Shown piece by piece: positions 24,159 through 24,246 of a stretch of 24,246 nucleotides of DNA. Origin of the DNA: Vitrella brassicaformis CCMP3155 (lineage: Eukaryota; Protista; Chromerida). How positions within the stretch are numbered: the first letter of the stretch is position 1; every line of letters starts with the position of its first letter. The translations under genes and the position numbers were made by a program. The DNA is taken from the NCBI GenBank assembly GCA_001179505.1, contig CDMY01000749.1, forward strand, positions 1 to 24,246, written 5' to 3'. Under the pieces are notes generated by a model. That model worked only from the letters and a program-made list of their open reading frames with translations, searched no databases and had not been told where the DNA came from.

Positions 24159-24246
24159 CACACACAGACAGACAGACAGACACACACACAGACACACAGA
24201 GACACAGACAGACACACAGACAGACACACAGACAGACACACCCACA
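24128..24246. repeat. (CAGA)n/(CA)n compound microsatellite
   Basis: Directly visible. Similar CA/GA/TG tracts occur at ~12800, ~18330 and ~21570. Confidence 0.9.

Noticed and set aside
21100-24246. Numerous 60-210 aa ORFs at the right end, and short minus-strand ORFs at 18130-19170
   Set aside because: They are microsatellite-derived or compositionally random, with no recognisable motifs, and I could not build a phase-consistent exon chain.

Overview
Intron-rich, GC-rich eukaryotic DNA, most likely an alveolate of the chromerid (Vitrella-like) type. This is inferred from the apicomplexan-style thioredoxin reductase tail GCGGGRCG, the ~70-nt GT-AG introns with TG/CA-rich ends, and the microsatellite-rich intergenic DNA. 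It is a draft scaffold with six 300-N placeholder gaps, duplicated sequence beside several gaps, and single-base deletion errors. Contents: (1) 1-5329, overlapping pieces of an R2/CRE-like non-LTR retrotransposon, with an OTU-like protease fragment, twin CxxCxxxCHxxC motifs, the pre-RT region, and a 5' inversion that fits twin priming. (2) 5363-8335, a tail-to-tail pair of paralogous genes of unknown function. (3) 9734-13910 (-), a multi-exon gene whose unique exons look like a class I SAM-methyltransferase fold interrupted by a very large metallothionein-like Cys/His insert (GCSCPHCQxG repeats) built from tandemly amplified exon+intron units; this is the main find. (4) A thioredoxin reductase transcribed divergently from it, 15198-18125. 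(5) A small putative membrane-protein gene (-) and a 5'-truncated ZIP/ZupT metal transporter with substituted motif residues. (6) Intergenic DNA with a telomere-motif hairpin and microsatellites. All gene models were spliced by eye, and no database search was run.
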